Notes under the pieces: model-generated | Seen by the model: only the letters and a program-made list of their open reading frames with translations | Database searches by the model: none | What the model was told of the DNA's origin: nothing | Program-made: the position numbers and the translations under genes | Shown: positions 17,312-27,312 of the stretch, in pieces | How the letters are laid out: each line of letters starts with the position of its first letter | Numbering within the stretch: position 1 is the first letter of the stretch | Source: Candidatus Saccharimonadales bacterium | GTDB taxonomy: Bacteria > Patescibacteriota > Saccharimonadia > Saccharimonadales > UBA10212 | Length of the DNA: 64,000 bases | Direction: 5' to 3' | Assembly (NCBI GenBank): GCA_049521895.1 | Contig: JBEKOJ010000001.1 | Coordinates: 354,717 to 418,716, forward strand

Positions 17312-17962
17312 ATGATTTTTAGCGTTGATCATATTTTACAGGCCGGAGGAATTTTAGCGGTGGCGCTGATTATTTTTGCCGAGTGCGGCCTGCTGGTCGG
17401 GTTTTTCCTGCCAGGGGATACCTTGCTGATTGCCGCTGGTATTTTTGCCAGCGAGCATAAATTAAATATCTTCGCGTTATTACCAGTAGTAATAATCGCT
17501 GCCATAGCTGGCTACCAAGTTGGTTACCAAATAGGTTGGCGCGGTGGACCAAAACTTTTTAAGCGTAAAGATGGCCTGCTTTTCAGGGAAGATTATATCC
17601 CGCGTACCGAAAAATATGTCACCCGGCACGGTGGCAAAACTATGGTATTGGCTCGTTTCATTGCCGTAATACGCACCCTGGTACCGTTGGTCGCAGGTAT
17701 CGGCAAAATGCGTAAAAGCACTTTCTTGTTTTATAACATCATCGGTGCGATCATCTGGATTAGCAGTATAACCCTAGGGTCTTATTGGGTCGGCAACCGC
17801 GTGGAAAATGTCGATAGGTTTATCATTCCGGTAGTGATTATCGGCATCGCCCTGACCGCCGGAGCCGAATTCTGGTTTGTTCTACGCAATAAGTCATCAA
17901 GGCGCCAACTGATTGAGGGCTTGCGCGAAGAATATAGGTATTTCTTTAAAAAGAAAGTGTAA
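17312..17962 (+). CDS. DedA-family membrane protein
   Basis: 216 aa; DedA/SNARE-associated pattern (GFFLPGDTLL...RFIAVIRTLVP). Confidence 0.8.
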   Translation: MIFSVDHILQAGGILAVALIIFAECGLLVGFFLPGDTLLIAAGIFASEHKLNIFALLPVVIIAAIAGYQVGYQIGWRGGPKLFKRKDGLLFREDYIPRTEKYVTRHGGKTMVLARFIAVIRTLVPLVAGIGKMRKSTFLFYNIIGAIIWISSITLGSYWVGNRVENVDRFIIPVVIIGIALTAGAEFWFVLRNKSSRRQLIEGLREEYRYFFKKKV

Positions 17963-17994
17963 AGATTTGTCTTCTTTTCCAAAGAAGCAAAAAC

Positions 17995-18028
17995 TTTTTG
18001 ACACCTTTTACCGAAAAGGTGTCGCCAA
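17995..18028. terminator. hairpin terminator between convergent genes
   Basis: TTTTTGACACCTTTT-accg-AAAAGGTGTC. Confidence 0.5.
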
Positions 18029-18159
18029 ACTCTGGGCGCATGGCTCGCTTGATACAATCACCCGTCAAAGCGCCCAACAGCCTGCGGAACGACCCCTACG
18101 GGGATCGGTCTCGCTCTTTACTGTTTTTAGATGAGTCGCTCGGCTAAGTCCTCGGCTTA

Positions 18160-18534
18160 TTAGTTGTGCTTTTGACGTGTTTGCTCAGGCTCGCCCTGCA
18201 TGCCCAAATGATCAGTTTTCTCGAGTCCCAGAGAAATTCGCTTCCCAGGGTCCGGCTCTGGAACACTCACGGCGGGGTCTAGTAGAAATTCATAAAGAAT
18301 TCTAGCTTTTCTAATGTCCTCATCTAGAACGCGGATAACTGTAGCTAGGTCAAGCAAAGACTTGGATGGTAGTAGCAATCTGCGAGCTTCCATCTCATCG
18401 GCAATAACAGACACGTTATTGCGCCTGTCGTGCGCCAATGATAATGCTTGTAGGGCAACTGCCAGTCTTTGAGCTCTTTCCAGAGTCGACTGATTAGCCT
18501 CTAGCGCCACTCTCTCCTTAAAATCACTTGTCAT
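18160..18534 (-). CDS. hypothetical helical protein translationally coupled to uvrA
   Basis: 124 aa; its ATG overlaps the uvrA TGA (ATGA). Confidence 0.5.
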   Translation of the reverse strand: MTSDFKERVALEANQSTLERAQRLAVALQALSLAHDRRNNVSVIADEMEARRLLLPSKSLLDLATVIRVLDEDIRKARILYEFLLDPAVSVPEPDPGKRISLGLEKTDHLGMQGEPEQTRQKHN

Positions 18535-21344
18535 TTAAGTGTTTTGGCTAGGAATTGGCCGGTATAGCTGGTTTTGATTCTGGCGACCTGCTCCGGCGTG
18601 CCTTCAGCGATAATTCTGCCGCCGGCGTCGCCGCCTTCGGGGCCCATATCAATAATGTGATCGGCGTTTTTAATCATATCCAGGTTGTGCTCAATCACGA
18701 TCATGCTATTGCCGCCGTCTACCAGCGCGTGTAGGACATCCAACAGTTTGGCCTCGTCGGCCATGTGCAAGCCGGTTGTTGGTTCGTCCAAGATGTAAAG
18801 CGTGCGGCCGGTAGCGCGACGCGACAGTTCAGAAGCTAGCTTGATGCGTTGGGCTTCCCCGCCGGACAACGTCGTAGCCGGCTGGCCCAAGGTTATATAG
18901 CCCAAGCCAACGTCAACTAAGGTTTGCAGTTTGCGGGCGATGGCCGGAATATTGGTAAAAAATTCCAGAGCCTGTTCGCAGGTCATTGCCAACACGTCAC
19001 TAATAGTCTTGCCTTTGTAATGGATTTCCAACGCTTCGCGGTTATAGCGTTTACCGTGGCAGACCTCGCAGGTAACGTAAACATCCGGCAAAAAGTGCAT
19101 TTCTATCTTGATTACACCATCACCGGCACAGTTTTCGCAGCGGCCGCCGCGCACATTAAAGCTGAAGCGGCCCGGACCATAACCGCGCAGTCGAGCCTCT
19201 GGAGTGGTTGAAAATAATTCACGGATGGGCGTAAAAACACCAGTATAGGTCGCGGGGTTAGAGCGTGGAGTGCGGCCAATTGGCGATTGATCTATGACAA
19301 TCGCTTTATCAAGATTATTAATGCCCTCAATATCGTCATGTCGTCCTGGCACTGTTTGGGCACGCATTAACCTAGCTGAGAGCTCGCGCGCCAAAATGTC
19401 GTTTACCAAGCTGGATTTGCCGGAGCCAGATACACCGCTAACCACCACTAGCTGTCCCAACGGTATAGTTACATCCAGGTTTTTAAGATTATTTTCGCGG
19501 GCACCTCTTACGACCAATCGCTTGCCATTGCCCGGCCGGTGGGTCTTAGGCCTTGGAATAAACTTTTCGTGGCGCAAAAACTCCGCTGTGATACTGTTTT
19601 TAGCCTTGGCGACTTCATCTGGAGTACCGGTGGCTACCACCTCGCCACCATGGATACCGGCTCCGGGGCCAATGTCTACTAGGAAGTCGGCGCTACGAAT
19701 AGTTTCTTCGTCGTGTTCTACCACGATTACGCTATTCCCCAGATCGCGCAATTTCTCTAGGGTATTAAGCAGGCGTTTGTTGTCGCGCTTGTGCAAGCCG
19801 ATGCTGGGTTCATCTAAAACGTACAGAACTCCCTGCAAGCCCGAGCCGATCTGGGTTGCCAAGCGGATGCGCTGGGCTTCCCCGCCGCTCAAACCGACGG
19901 CGCCACGGGCCAGTGTAAGATAATTCAAGCCAACGTCCTGCAAAAATCTCAGGCGGGCATTGATTTCTTTTAGAATTTGATGGGCAATTTTCATCTCGGC
20001 GTCTGATAGTTTAAGGTTCTTGAAGAAATCACCCGCGTTGTCAATCGACAGCTCGCAAATGTCCATGATATTTTGCCCGACAACAGTTATGGCCAGCACT
20101 TCCGGTTTAAGGCGCCGGCCTCCGCAAGCATTGCATGGCCGCTCTTGCATAAAACGCTCTATGTCGTGGCGGATAAAATCGCTCTCAGTTTCTTTGTGGC
20201 GGCGCTCTAAGTTGGATATTACACCCTCGTAAGTAGTATTAAACGAGCGGCCGGGACCCAGGCTGATTTTATAGGTTTCACTACCTGTGCCATATAAGAT
20301 TTTACCCAGCTGGTTTTTGCTCAGTTCGCCTGTCGGTTGGTGGATAGAAAACCCATAGTGCTCGGCCACGGCCTGCATTTTTCTCATGTACCAAGCGTCC
20401 GTATTTATACGGTTGTATGGCCTAATAGCCCCTTCGGCGATAGTCAGCCGGCCGTTAGGAATTACCAGCTCCGGATCAACCTCTAGGCGATTGCCCAGGC
20501 CGGTGCAAACCGGACAGGCGCCATACGGCGAATTAAAACTGAAGGTCCGCGGTTCCAGGTCTGGTATAGCCACGTCAGGGTGGTCGACACAGGCATACTT
20601 AAGGCTATATAGCTTGTCCTGCTTGTTATCGGCGTCATTAATTATCAATAAGCCCTCGGTTATATCAAAGGCCTGCTCCACACTTTGCACTAACCGGGTA
20701 CGGCTGTCTTCATTATTAACCAAGCGGTCTACGACAATTTCTATTTTGTGTTTGTAGTTTTTATCCAAGGTCGGAAATTCATCCAAGGCATAAATTACGC
20801 CATCTACCCGAGCCCGGGCAAAACCGACGCGCAAATACTGTTCCGGGATATGTTCAAAGGCGCCTTTTTTATCTATTACCACTGGTGCCAAGATTATCAG
20901 TCTGGCACCTGGGCTGCCGGCCACAATTTGGTCGACCACGGCTGTAGTGGTTTGCCGCTGCACCGGCTTGGCGCAGACCGGGCAGTGCGGAATGCCGATG
21001 CGCGCGTATAGTAGACGTAAATAATCATAGATTTCGGTCACGGTTGCTACTGTACTGCGCGGATTACGGCTGGCGGATTTTTGGTCGATGCTAATGGCCG
21101 GGCTAAGGCCGTCAATCTGGTCGACATCCGGTTTTTCCATCAAGCCCAAAAATTGGCGGGCGTAAGCACTTAGTGATTCTACATAGCGGCGCTGGCCCTC
21201 GGCGTAAATGGTATCGAAAGCCAAAGAAGATTTACCGGAACCCGAAAGCCCGGTTATAACCACCAGCTTACCGCGCGGAATCTCAAGGGAAATATTCTTG
21301 AGGTTGTGCTCGCGCGCGCCCCGAATAGATATAACTTCACTCAT
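18531..21344 (-). CDS. uvrA: excinuclease ABC subunit A
   Basis: 937 aa; two ABC modules ([18 protein letters not shown]), LSGGE signatures, CxxC zinc modules. Confidence 0.95.
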   Translation of the reverse strand: MSEVISIRGAREHNLKNISLEIPRGKLVVITGLSGSGKSSLAFDTIYAEGQRRYVESLSAYARQFLGLMEKPDVDQIDGLSPAISIDQKSASRNPRSTVATVTEIYDYLRLLYARIGIPHCPVCAKPVQRQTTTAVVDQIVAGSPGARLIILAPVVIDKKGAFEHIPEQYLRVGFARARVDGVIYALDEFPTLDKNYKHKIEIVVDRLVNNEDSRTRLVQSVEQAFDITEGLLIINDADNKQDKLYSLKYACVDHPDVAIPDLEPRTFSFNSPYGACPVCTGLGNRLEVDPELVIPNGRLTIAEGAIRPYNRINTDAWYMRKMQAVAEHYGFSIHQPTGELSKNQLGKILYGTGSETYKISLGPGRSFNTTYEGVISNLERRHKETESDFIRHDIERFMQERPCNACGGRRLKPEVLAITVVGQNIMDICELSIDNAGDFFKNLKLSDAEMKIAHQILKEINARLRFLQDVGLNYLTLARGAVGLSGGEAQRIRLATQIGSGLQGVLYVLDEPSIGLHKRDNKRLLNTLEKLRDLGNSVIVVEHDEETIRSADFLVDIGPGAGIHGGEVVATGTPDEVAKAKNSITAEFLRHEKFIPRPKTHRPGNGKRLVVRGARENNLKNLDVTIPLGQLVVVSGVSGSGKSSLVNDILARELSARLMRAQTVPGRHDDIEGINNLDKAIVIDQSPIGRTPRSNPATYTGVFTPIRELFSTTPEARLRGYGPGRFSFNVRGGRCENCAGDGVIKIEMHFLPDVYVTCEVCHGKRYNREALEIHYKGKTISDVLAMTCEQALEFFTNIPAIARKLQTLVDVGLGYITLGQPATTLSGGEAQRIKLASELSRRATGRTLYILDEPTTGLHMADEAKLLDVLHALVDGGNSMIVIEHNLDMIKNADHIIDMGPEGGDAGGRIIAEGTPEQVARIKTSYTGQFLAKTLK

Positions 21345-21441
21345 TAAACCGAACGATTATACACAAATTTGCGGTTTTTTTCTAGACCCTAAGGTGGTAC
21401 TACGAACACGAGCGCAAGCATAAGCATATAAATAAATATTA

Positions 21442-21470
21442 TTGATTAGTATGCAATTTAATTATAGAAT
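21442..21470 (+). promoter_or_regulatory. sigma70-type promoter TTGATT-17-TAGAAT
   Basis: Spacing is exactly 17 nt; lies 26 nt upstream of the 21496 ORF. Confidence 0.55.
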
Positions 21471-21495
21471 GTAGATAAGTTTTGGAGCGCTCTTT

Positions 21496-21783
21496 ATGCT
21501 TAATGATCTAATCTTCTTGGGGCAAATCCCCGGAACCAATTTTCAGATAACTTTTACCGACATCGTGGACATATCTCTACTCAGCCTGGCTCTACTTCTT
21601 TGCGGCTACCTTTATTATCTGGAGTTGAAAGCAGCGTGGGACAGGAAATTCTCCGAGAAGTTGCAGAACCAGCGTTTTATTCTGCCGGTACAAGCGATTG
21701 GCCATATAAGTTTAGCTCTTCCAGCAAATAACGATCCTGTTCAGCTAGACCTGTTTGTTTTTCCAATTCCCCAAGACGCTTAA
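21496..21783 (+). CDS. small hypothetical membrane protein
   Basis: Has its own promoter and a weak SD (TGGAG); one TM helix; the 3' third overlaps the convergent sbcB end, so the true stop and extent are uncertain. Confidence 0.4.
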   Translation: MLNDLIFLGQIPGTNFQITFTDIVDISLLSLALLLCGYLYYLELKAAWDRKFSEKLQNQRFILPVQAIGHISLALPANNDPVQLDLFVFPIPQDA

Positions 21784-23266
21784 AGAAATGGGCGGCGCGG
21801 CTAGCCCCACCGCCTTCCATCAGACGCTGGCGGCGGAATTTTTCCCATTGTTCTTGCTCGCCGGGGCTGAGTGATTTGGGATAATTACGGGCTTTATATA
21901 GCGGTAGCAACAGTTTTAGCCTCTCATCAGCAAAATCCAGCTGAAGATCAGCCAGCTTTTCCGCGTCCGCGGCCCGGACTACGCGCATTCTGGTTCTATC
22001 AGTATCATTAATGAAACCATCGTAGAGCTGTTCGTCGACTTTCTGCGGGTCGGCAATTATCCCGGCTTGGACTTTGGGCCAGATAATTTCGGCGGCGGCT
22101 ACCAGTTTGTCGCCAAAATCCTCAGCCTTTAGCAGCTTGGCCAGATTGGTATCAACTTCGGCGCTGTTAATTTTCAGCCGGCTAGCGCTTTTGGCGTCCA
22201 AAACTGACAACGGGGCAATAGTTGGGCATCTGTTATAAGACAGGACCTTTACAGGAAAATACGGCTCCGCAACACGCACTGCGCCAACCTGCTTACTGGC
22301 AGAGCCAGTAACTCTGCTGGCGCTTGCGGCGGATTGCGATGTTGCCGGCTGTGACTGCTCCTTCGCAGTACCATTACTGTACAGCTCAGTCCGCTGCTCG
22401 CCGGCGCCTTGCACTCCACTCGCCTGCGTGCTGCTGGAAGACCGATATTGCCATGCTGCCGCGAGCTCTGTCGGAGACATTGACAAAAACGGGGTAGGGT
22501 CAATGCGCAAATCATATACCAGGGCAGCATTTTTGCTGGGGTCTGGCGCAACCATTACCGCTATGGTAGTTTTTTCGTATTCAGCCGGGTAGCGTCCGCT
22601 GGTATAGATAAAGGGTCTGCCCGTGGCGACCAGTGCGGCGATTTTATTTTTGTCGCGCAGTTTGAGTAGATAATTAAACAGTTTTGGCTGCTTGGTTTTT
22701 ACCAGATTGGCCAGCGCAATTACGGCTTTAACATCGCTTAGGGCGTTGTGGGCGTTAGCGTGCTCCAGTTTATTAATCTGACTGATATCTTCCAAGCGGT
22801 TACTGGCTTTGCCATCAGGGGCAAATGGCCATTTTATACCTTCCGGCCTGAGCGCCCGCGTCATACGTACCACGTCAAGCAGATCCCACTTGCCACGGCT
22901 ATCTTTCCATTGCCACTCGTAAGCATCCACGAAGTTGCGCCAGAGTGTGAAGCGTATAAATTCATCGTCAAAACGGATATTATTATAACCAGCAGCGATG
23001 GTATCCGGCGTAAATACTTGACGTGTTAAGTATTTTGTAAACTCAGCTTCGGTGACCCCTTCGGTGATTGTCTGTTGCGGAGTAATACCATGCACCATCA
23101 CGGCGTCCGGTTCCGGCAAAATATCGGATGTCATCTTAACTAGCGTGTTATCAGGCTCGCCTACTGGTTTAAGGTTCATGTCAGTTCGTTGCCCGGCAAA
23201 CTGCATGATACGTGCCAAGCGAGGGTTGAAGCCGCTGGTTTCCAGATCATAAAAATAAAAAGTCAT
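21677..23266 (-). CDS. sbcB: exodeoxyribonuclease I
   Basis: N-terminal DEDDh motif (FYFYDLETSG) with ExoI-like architecture; contains an S/T/A/Q low-complexity insertion. Confidence 0.8.
   Translation of the reverse strand: MTFYFYDLETSGFNPRLARIMQFAGQRTDMNLKPVGEPDNTLVKMTSDILPEPDAVMVHGITPQQTITEGVTEAEFTKYLTRQVFTPDTIAAGYNNIRFDDEFIRFTLWRNFVDAYEWQWKDSRGKWDLLDVVRMTRALRPEGIKWPFAPDGKASNRLEDISQINKLEHANAHNALSDVKAVIALANLVKTKQPKLFNYLLKLRDKNKIAALVATGRPFIYTSGRYPAEYEKTTIAVMVAPDPSKNAALVYDLRIDPTPFLSMSPTELAAAWQYRSSSSTQASGVQGAGEQRTELYSNGTAKEQSQPATSQSAASASRVTGSASKQVGAVRVAEPYFPVKVLSYNRCPTIAPLSVLDAKSASRLKINSAEVDTNLAKLLKAEDFGDKLVAAAEIIWPKVQAGIIADPQKVDEQLYDGFINDTDRTRMRVVRAADAEKLADLQLDFADERLKLLLPLYKARNYPKSLSPGEQEQWEKFRRQRLMEGGGASRAAHFFKRLGELEKQTGLAEQDRYLLEELNLYGQSLVPAE
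23013..23033 (+). promoter_or_regulatory. intragenic copy of the marR-type palindromic box
   Basis: AATACTTGACGTGTTAAGTAT(TTT), 24/25 identical to 1330-1354; lies antisense inside sbcB. Confidence 0.45.
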
Positions 23267-23268
23267 TT

Positions 23269-24543
23269 TTAGTATTCCAGTTCGCCTATCTTTGGGTTGC
23301 CGATTTGGACCACCTGCCCGGGTTCAATATTTTGGCGTTCTAGCTCGCGCATGACCCCCATTTTACGCAAGATGTCGCGCAAGCGCTGTTGCCCATGATA
23401 ATCGTTAAAGTTAATGCGGTTAGCAAAGCGTTCAACTTTTTTGCCGGTAATTATAAATACGCGGCCGGCTTTTTGGACGGCCCAGGAATCATCATTGTCT
23501 TTGAGGCCGATAGTTGGCAGTCTGAGTTTTCTGGATGTCCTGTGGACTTTTTTGTGGGCTTTATCAACTTTGCTGAGAGCGGCGCGCAGGAGTTCCTCCA
23601 TCCCCTGACGGTTCGTATTGGAAATTGCCAGCAGCAGAGTCCCGCGGGGTAATACTTTTTTAAGACGAGCTATTTTCTTGTTAAGTTCTTTTTTGTCGAA
23701 GCCGTCGATTTTAGTCAATGTTACTATCTGTGGTTTTTTGCTTAGATCGACTTGATAGGCAGCAAGTTCTGACATGATGGTTCTATAAGCCTCGGCGACA
23801 TCTTCGTTGTAGACGTCAATCAGATGTACGAGCACGCTGGTGCGTTCCACATGGCGCAGAAACTCGTCACCCAGGCCCCTGCCCTGGCTGGCACCCTTAA
23901 TCAGTCCCGGGATGTCAGCAAACAGTAAGCTATGTTTTTTATCAATATCGACGACGCCTAAATTGGGAGTCAATGTTGTGAACGGATAGTCGGCAATTTC
24001 CGGCTTGGCGTTACTAATAACTGACAGCAGGGTGGATTTACCGGCGTTGGGTAAGCCGACTATCCCGACATCGGCAATCATCTTTAGTTCCATAATCCCC
24101 TCGAGCTGCTGGCCCTTTTCACCCTTTTCGGCGATACGGGGCGCTTGCCGGATAGAGCTTACGAAATGGGCGTTACCAAATCCGCCCTTTCCGCCTTTAG
24201 CAACTACGAACTCCTGACCATCGGCGGCCAGGTCGGACAATGTTTGACCACTACTGTTAACCACCGTACCAACCGGTACATCCACTAGTAAATCCTCGCC
24301 GCTTTTGCCGTGGCGCTTAGACTTGGCGCCGGGCTGGCCATCTTGGGCTTTAAGTAACTTCTTATAGCGAAAGGTTGCCAGCGTGTTTTGGTTACGACTG
24401 GCGCGCAAAATTACGCTACCGCCATTGCCGCCGTCACCGCCGTCCGGTCCGCCTTTTGGACGGAATTTTTCGTGCCTGAAACTAAGCGCGCCGTTGCCGC
24501 CATCACCTGCCCGGAGTATCACCTGAACTCTGTCAACAAACAT
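23269..24543 (-). CDS. obg: GTPase Obg
   Basis: Gly-rich Obg fold (GGDGGNGGS), G1 GLPNAGKST, G3 DIPG, C-terminal extension. Confidence 0.9.
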   Translation of the reverse strand: MFVDRVQVILRAGDGGNGALSFRHEKFRPKGGPDGGDGGNGGSVILRASRNQNTLATFRYKKLLKAQDGQPGAKSKRHGKSGEDLLVDVPVGTVVNSSGQTLSDLAADGQEFVVAKGGKGGFGNAHFVSSIRQAPRIAEKGEKGQQLEGIMELKMIADVGIVGLPNAGKSTLLSVISNAKPEIADYPFTTLTPNLGVVDIDKKHSLLFADIPGLIKGASQGRGLGDEFLRHVERTSVLVHLIDVYNEDVAEAYRTIMSELAAYQVDLSKKPQIVTLTKIDGFDKKELNKKIARLKKVLPRGTLLLAISNTNRQGMEELLRAALSKVDKAHKKVHRTSRKLRLPTIGLKDNDDSWAVQKAGRVFIITGKKVERFANRINFNDYHGQQRLRDILRKMGVMRELERQNIEPGQVVQIGNPKIGELEY

Positions 24544-24591
24544 ATAATTAAGGGTAGCGCGTTTAGCTTACAGGGTAAAGCAAGTCTGTCT

Positions 24592-25689
24592 CTAGTAAAG
24601 ATAGCTGAAGTCACCCACCTGGTCGGCAGGTATAGTCCGGTAGTCTACCGTATCCCAGCCTTCTTGATTCATTTCAGAAATGGTAGCGCTGCCGTCGCTA
24701 TTCACGCTCTCGACGAATCCTACGTGGTCATAAGAAAACCAGATAACAGCGCCCGCCTGCGGTGTATTGCTCCAAGGCAAGCCATGTTCAATATAATAGC
24801 TTTTCCAGGTGTAAGCATCGCCCATGTTTTGCGGAACCGGGCGGCCAATCTGGGCCCGCCTAAAAGCTGCCCACCATGTGCACCAGCCACAGTCATAGGC
24901 ATCGTTTATCCCGAGGCTGCATGAGCCAAAACGGTGGGCCCCGGTAGCTGCTATATTTCCAAATAAGTTTAGGGCGGCCGTAGCCACCACTGGTTGAATG
25001 CCGTTAGGTATCCAGACCAGCTCGCCGCTGCTTACACCATTTTCGGCATCATTGACCGTTATAAAAGTATCGACATTGGCTTGATATTTATTGGTGATAC
25101 TAGCTACGGTGTCTCCGGGTTTGACCTGGTAAACTATACCCTCTGCCGGCGGAATCAGCAGTATGGTATCAACTTTTAAGGTGTCGCTAGTAAGATTATT
25201 GGACCAACGGATGCTATTGGCGCCAATGCTAAATTTAGTGGCTAAACTGCCGAGGCTATCGCCGTTGGCGACAGTGTAATGAGTGATGTCATAGCGTGAT
25301 TTTTCGGCGGTGGAGACGATTTGTGGCTTAGCCAAAGTAGTGCTGTCATTGGGCACCACAGCCAGCAGGATGGCTGAGGAATCGGCGCGGTTGCGCACCA
25401 TGGTCAGTTCAGGTAAATGAGCCATCTGGGCGGCTTGCAGGGCGATTTCGTCAGATGACAGCTGATCCAAAGGACTGGAAACTGAGCTGGCCGTGCTCAC
25501 CAGACTATCGGCAGCACTGCTGCGAACTGTCTGGCTAGCCGAACGGTTAACTAGTAAAAACACACTTATGGTTACAAGTAATATAAAGTTTCCCGCGATC
25601 ACACCCCAGCGGGTGGCCCGGCGGCGAGATTTCTTATTCATCTTATCGAATCTATAGGGTAGGCCTGGTAGAGCCATGACAGTTTCCAT
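24592..25689 (-). CDS. LysM-repeat / CHAP-domain peptidoglycan hydrolase
   Basis: TM anchor, two LysM-like repeats (YTVANGDSLGSLA, YQVKPGDTVASIT), C-terminal CHAP with catalytic Cys (CGWCTWW) and His (DHVGFVE); start uncertain, as the ORF extends to 25797. Confidence 0.75.
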   Translation of the reverse strand: METVMALPGLPYRFDKMNKKSRRRATRWGVIAGNFILLVTISVFLLVNRSASQTVRSSAADSLVSTASSVSSPLDQLSSDEIALQAAQMAHLPELTMVRNRADSSAILLAVVPNDSTTLAKPQIVSTAEKSRYDITHYTVANGDSLGSLATKFSIGANSIRWSNNLTSDTLKVDTILLIPPAEGIVYQVKPGDTVASITNKYQANVDTFITVNDAENGVSSGELVWIPNGIQPVVATAALNLFGNIAATGAHRFGSCSLGINDAYDCGWCTWWAAFRRAQIGRPVPQNMGDAYTWKSYYIEHGLPWSNTPQAGAVIWFSYDHVGFVESVNSDGSATISEMNQEGWDTVDYRTIPADQVGDFSYLY

Positions 25690-25837
25690 GCCCCGCTTGC
25701 CCTTACGCCTAATAAACGCCAATTTGGGTCTACGAATTTCTAAATCACTCCTAGGAGCGCGCCTTCGGCTGCTTTTACCAGGTCGCCCGCGCCGCATATC
25801 ATTATAGCAAATAGCACCTTTGCGCCCCTACCCGAAT

Positions 25838-26908
25838 CTATGGCTGCGCACACGTGGTCGGACAATATTGCTGGATGGCTTGATTCTGCTCGGCCTGCGT
25901 ATCGGAGTAGTGAATTTTGCCGTCGTCGCCAGCTATGAAATATAGGTAATTAGTGTTAGAGGGATGCGCTACGGCCTTCAGCGCCGCGGCCGTTACATTG
26001 CTGATAGGCCCGGGCGGCAAGCCCGCATGCAGGTAAGTATTATAGGGCGAGTCGATGTTAACACTGCGCGGTACTCCGGCTATATCGGCCGCGTAGTCAG
26101 CGGTGACATTAGACTGCAGCATCATGCCTTGCTTCAGGCGGCTGATAAAGACTTGGGCAATGGTCGGTTCCTGGGCTGCATCACCGCTTTCCTGCAACAC
26201 AATTGATGCCAGGGTTATTCCCTGGTAGGTACTCAGTCCTTGAACAGAAAAACCTTGTATGATATCCGGTGTAAGTTGTTGGGCCATTTCATTCAGCGAT
26301 TCCTGAACAATAGTTGCGGCTGGGGTGCCGGCTTCTTTTTGGAAAGAGTCAGGATAAAGATAACCTTCCAGACCGGCGCCAGCCGGCAAGCTGGTCAGCG
26401 CCGGGTTACCGGCATAGGTCACGGGGTTAAAAACCGTGTCTATTTCAGCTTGGCTATAGCCGGACTTGGCAAAGGCTTGCTCTATTTGGTCTACGCGCAA
26501 GCCGGGTAAAATAGTAAGCAGATTCTTGGTCACCTCGCCCTTGACCATTTTATCGACTATTTGCTGGGTGCTCATAGATGGGCTCAAAGAATAAGTACCG
26601 GCCTGTAAACTGGCCTGCAGCTCTTTATCGCGAACATAGGTTTCGAAAGCCCCAGCGCTGCGAATTAGACCGGCTTGTTGCAAATTAACAGCGATTTGGT
26701 TTATGCCCACGCCCGAGCTAACCGTAAAGTATTTAGCAGTGGTAGATGAAGATACTGGTTGCAGGTTGTGGTTATATTGAATATGCACACCAACCGCACC
26801 TCCAATAACAATTAATCCGATCAGAACTACAGTAATTAGCCATACGCTGCGGCGCTGGCGGCGGACCGGCGGTTTGAATTTGTATCTTTTTATTTTTAAG
26901 CCTAGCAT
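25838..26908 (-). CDS. mltG: endolytic transglycosylase MltG (YceG-like)
   Basis: N-terminal TM plus YceG domain pattern (LTLASIVLQES...YNTY...LPPGPI). Confidence 0.8.
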   Translation of the reverse strand: MLGLKIKRYKFKPPVRRQRRSVWLITVVLIGLIVIGGAVGVHIQYNHNLQPVSSSTTAKYFTVSSGVGINQIAVNLQQAGLIRSAGAFETYVRDKELQASLQAGTYSLSPSMSTQQIVDKMVKGEVTKNLLTILPGLRVDQIEQAFAKSGYSQAEIDTVFNPVTYAGNPALTSLPAGAGLEGYLYPDSFQKEAGTPAATIVQESLNEMAQQLTPDIIQGFSVQGLSTYQGITLASIVLQESGDAAQEPTIAQVFISRLKQGMMLQSNVTADYAADIAGVPRSVNIDSPYNTYLHAGLPPGPISNVTAAALKAVAHPSNTNYLYFIAGDDGKIHYSDTQAEQNQAIQQYCPTTCAQP

Positions 26909-27312
26909 GGCACTCTTTCTGATTCCGGCGCGTCTAAAAAGTCTTGCAAAATTATGGCGGCGGCCAAAGCGTCAATATCCTGATCCTTGGCTTTTAGCCT
27001 CAGTCCTTCAGCTTTGATACTGGTAAGGGCTTCGTCTTGCCAGTAAAACGGCAACTCTATGCGCTTCTTAGCGGCGTCTACCCAGTTTTGCACCCAGGCC
27101 GTTTGGGCGGTATCATACCCTTGTAGATTACGCGGCAGACCGACCACGACGATTTGCATGTCGTGCTCTTTGATGATCTGCTGCAACGCTTTTAGCGCAC
27201 CGGCGGTCTTGATGGTTGTCAGCGGCTCGGGCAAGCGAGCAAGGCTTGAGGCACGGGCTATACCGATGCGCTTTTTTCCCACATCCAAGCCCAACAGTTG
27301 TTTAACTTCCAC
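26902..27312 (-). CDS. ruvX: Holliday junction resolvase-like nuclease RuvX/YqgF
   Basis: 136 aa; LGLDVGKKRIGIA N-terminus typical of YqgF. Confidence 0.8.
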   Translation of the reverse strand: MEVKQLLGLDVGKKRIGIARASSLARLPEPLTTIKTAGALKALQQIIKEHDMQIVVVGLPRNLQGYDTAQTAWVQNWVDAAKKRIELPFYWQDEALTSIKAEGLRLKAKDQDIDALAAAIILQDFLDAPESERVPC

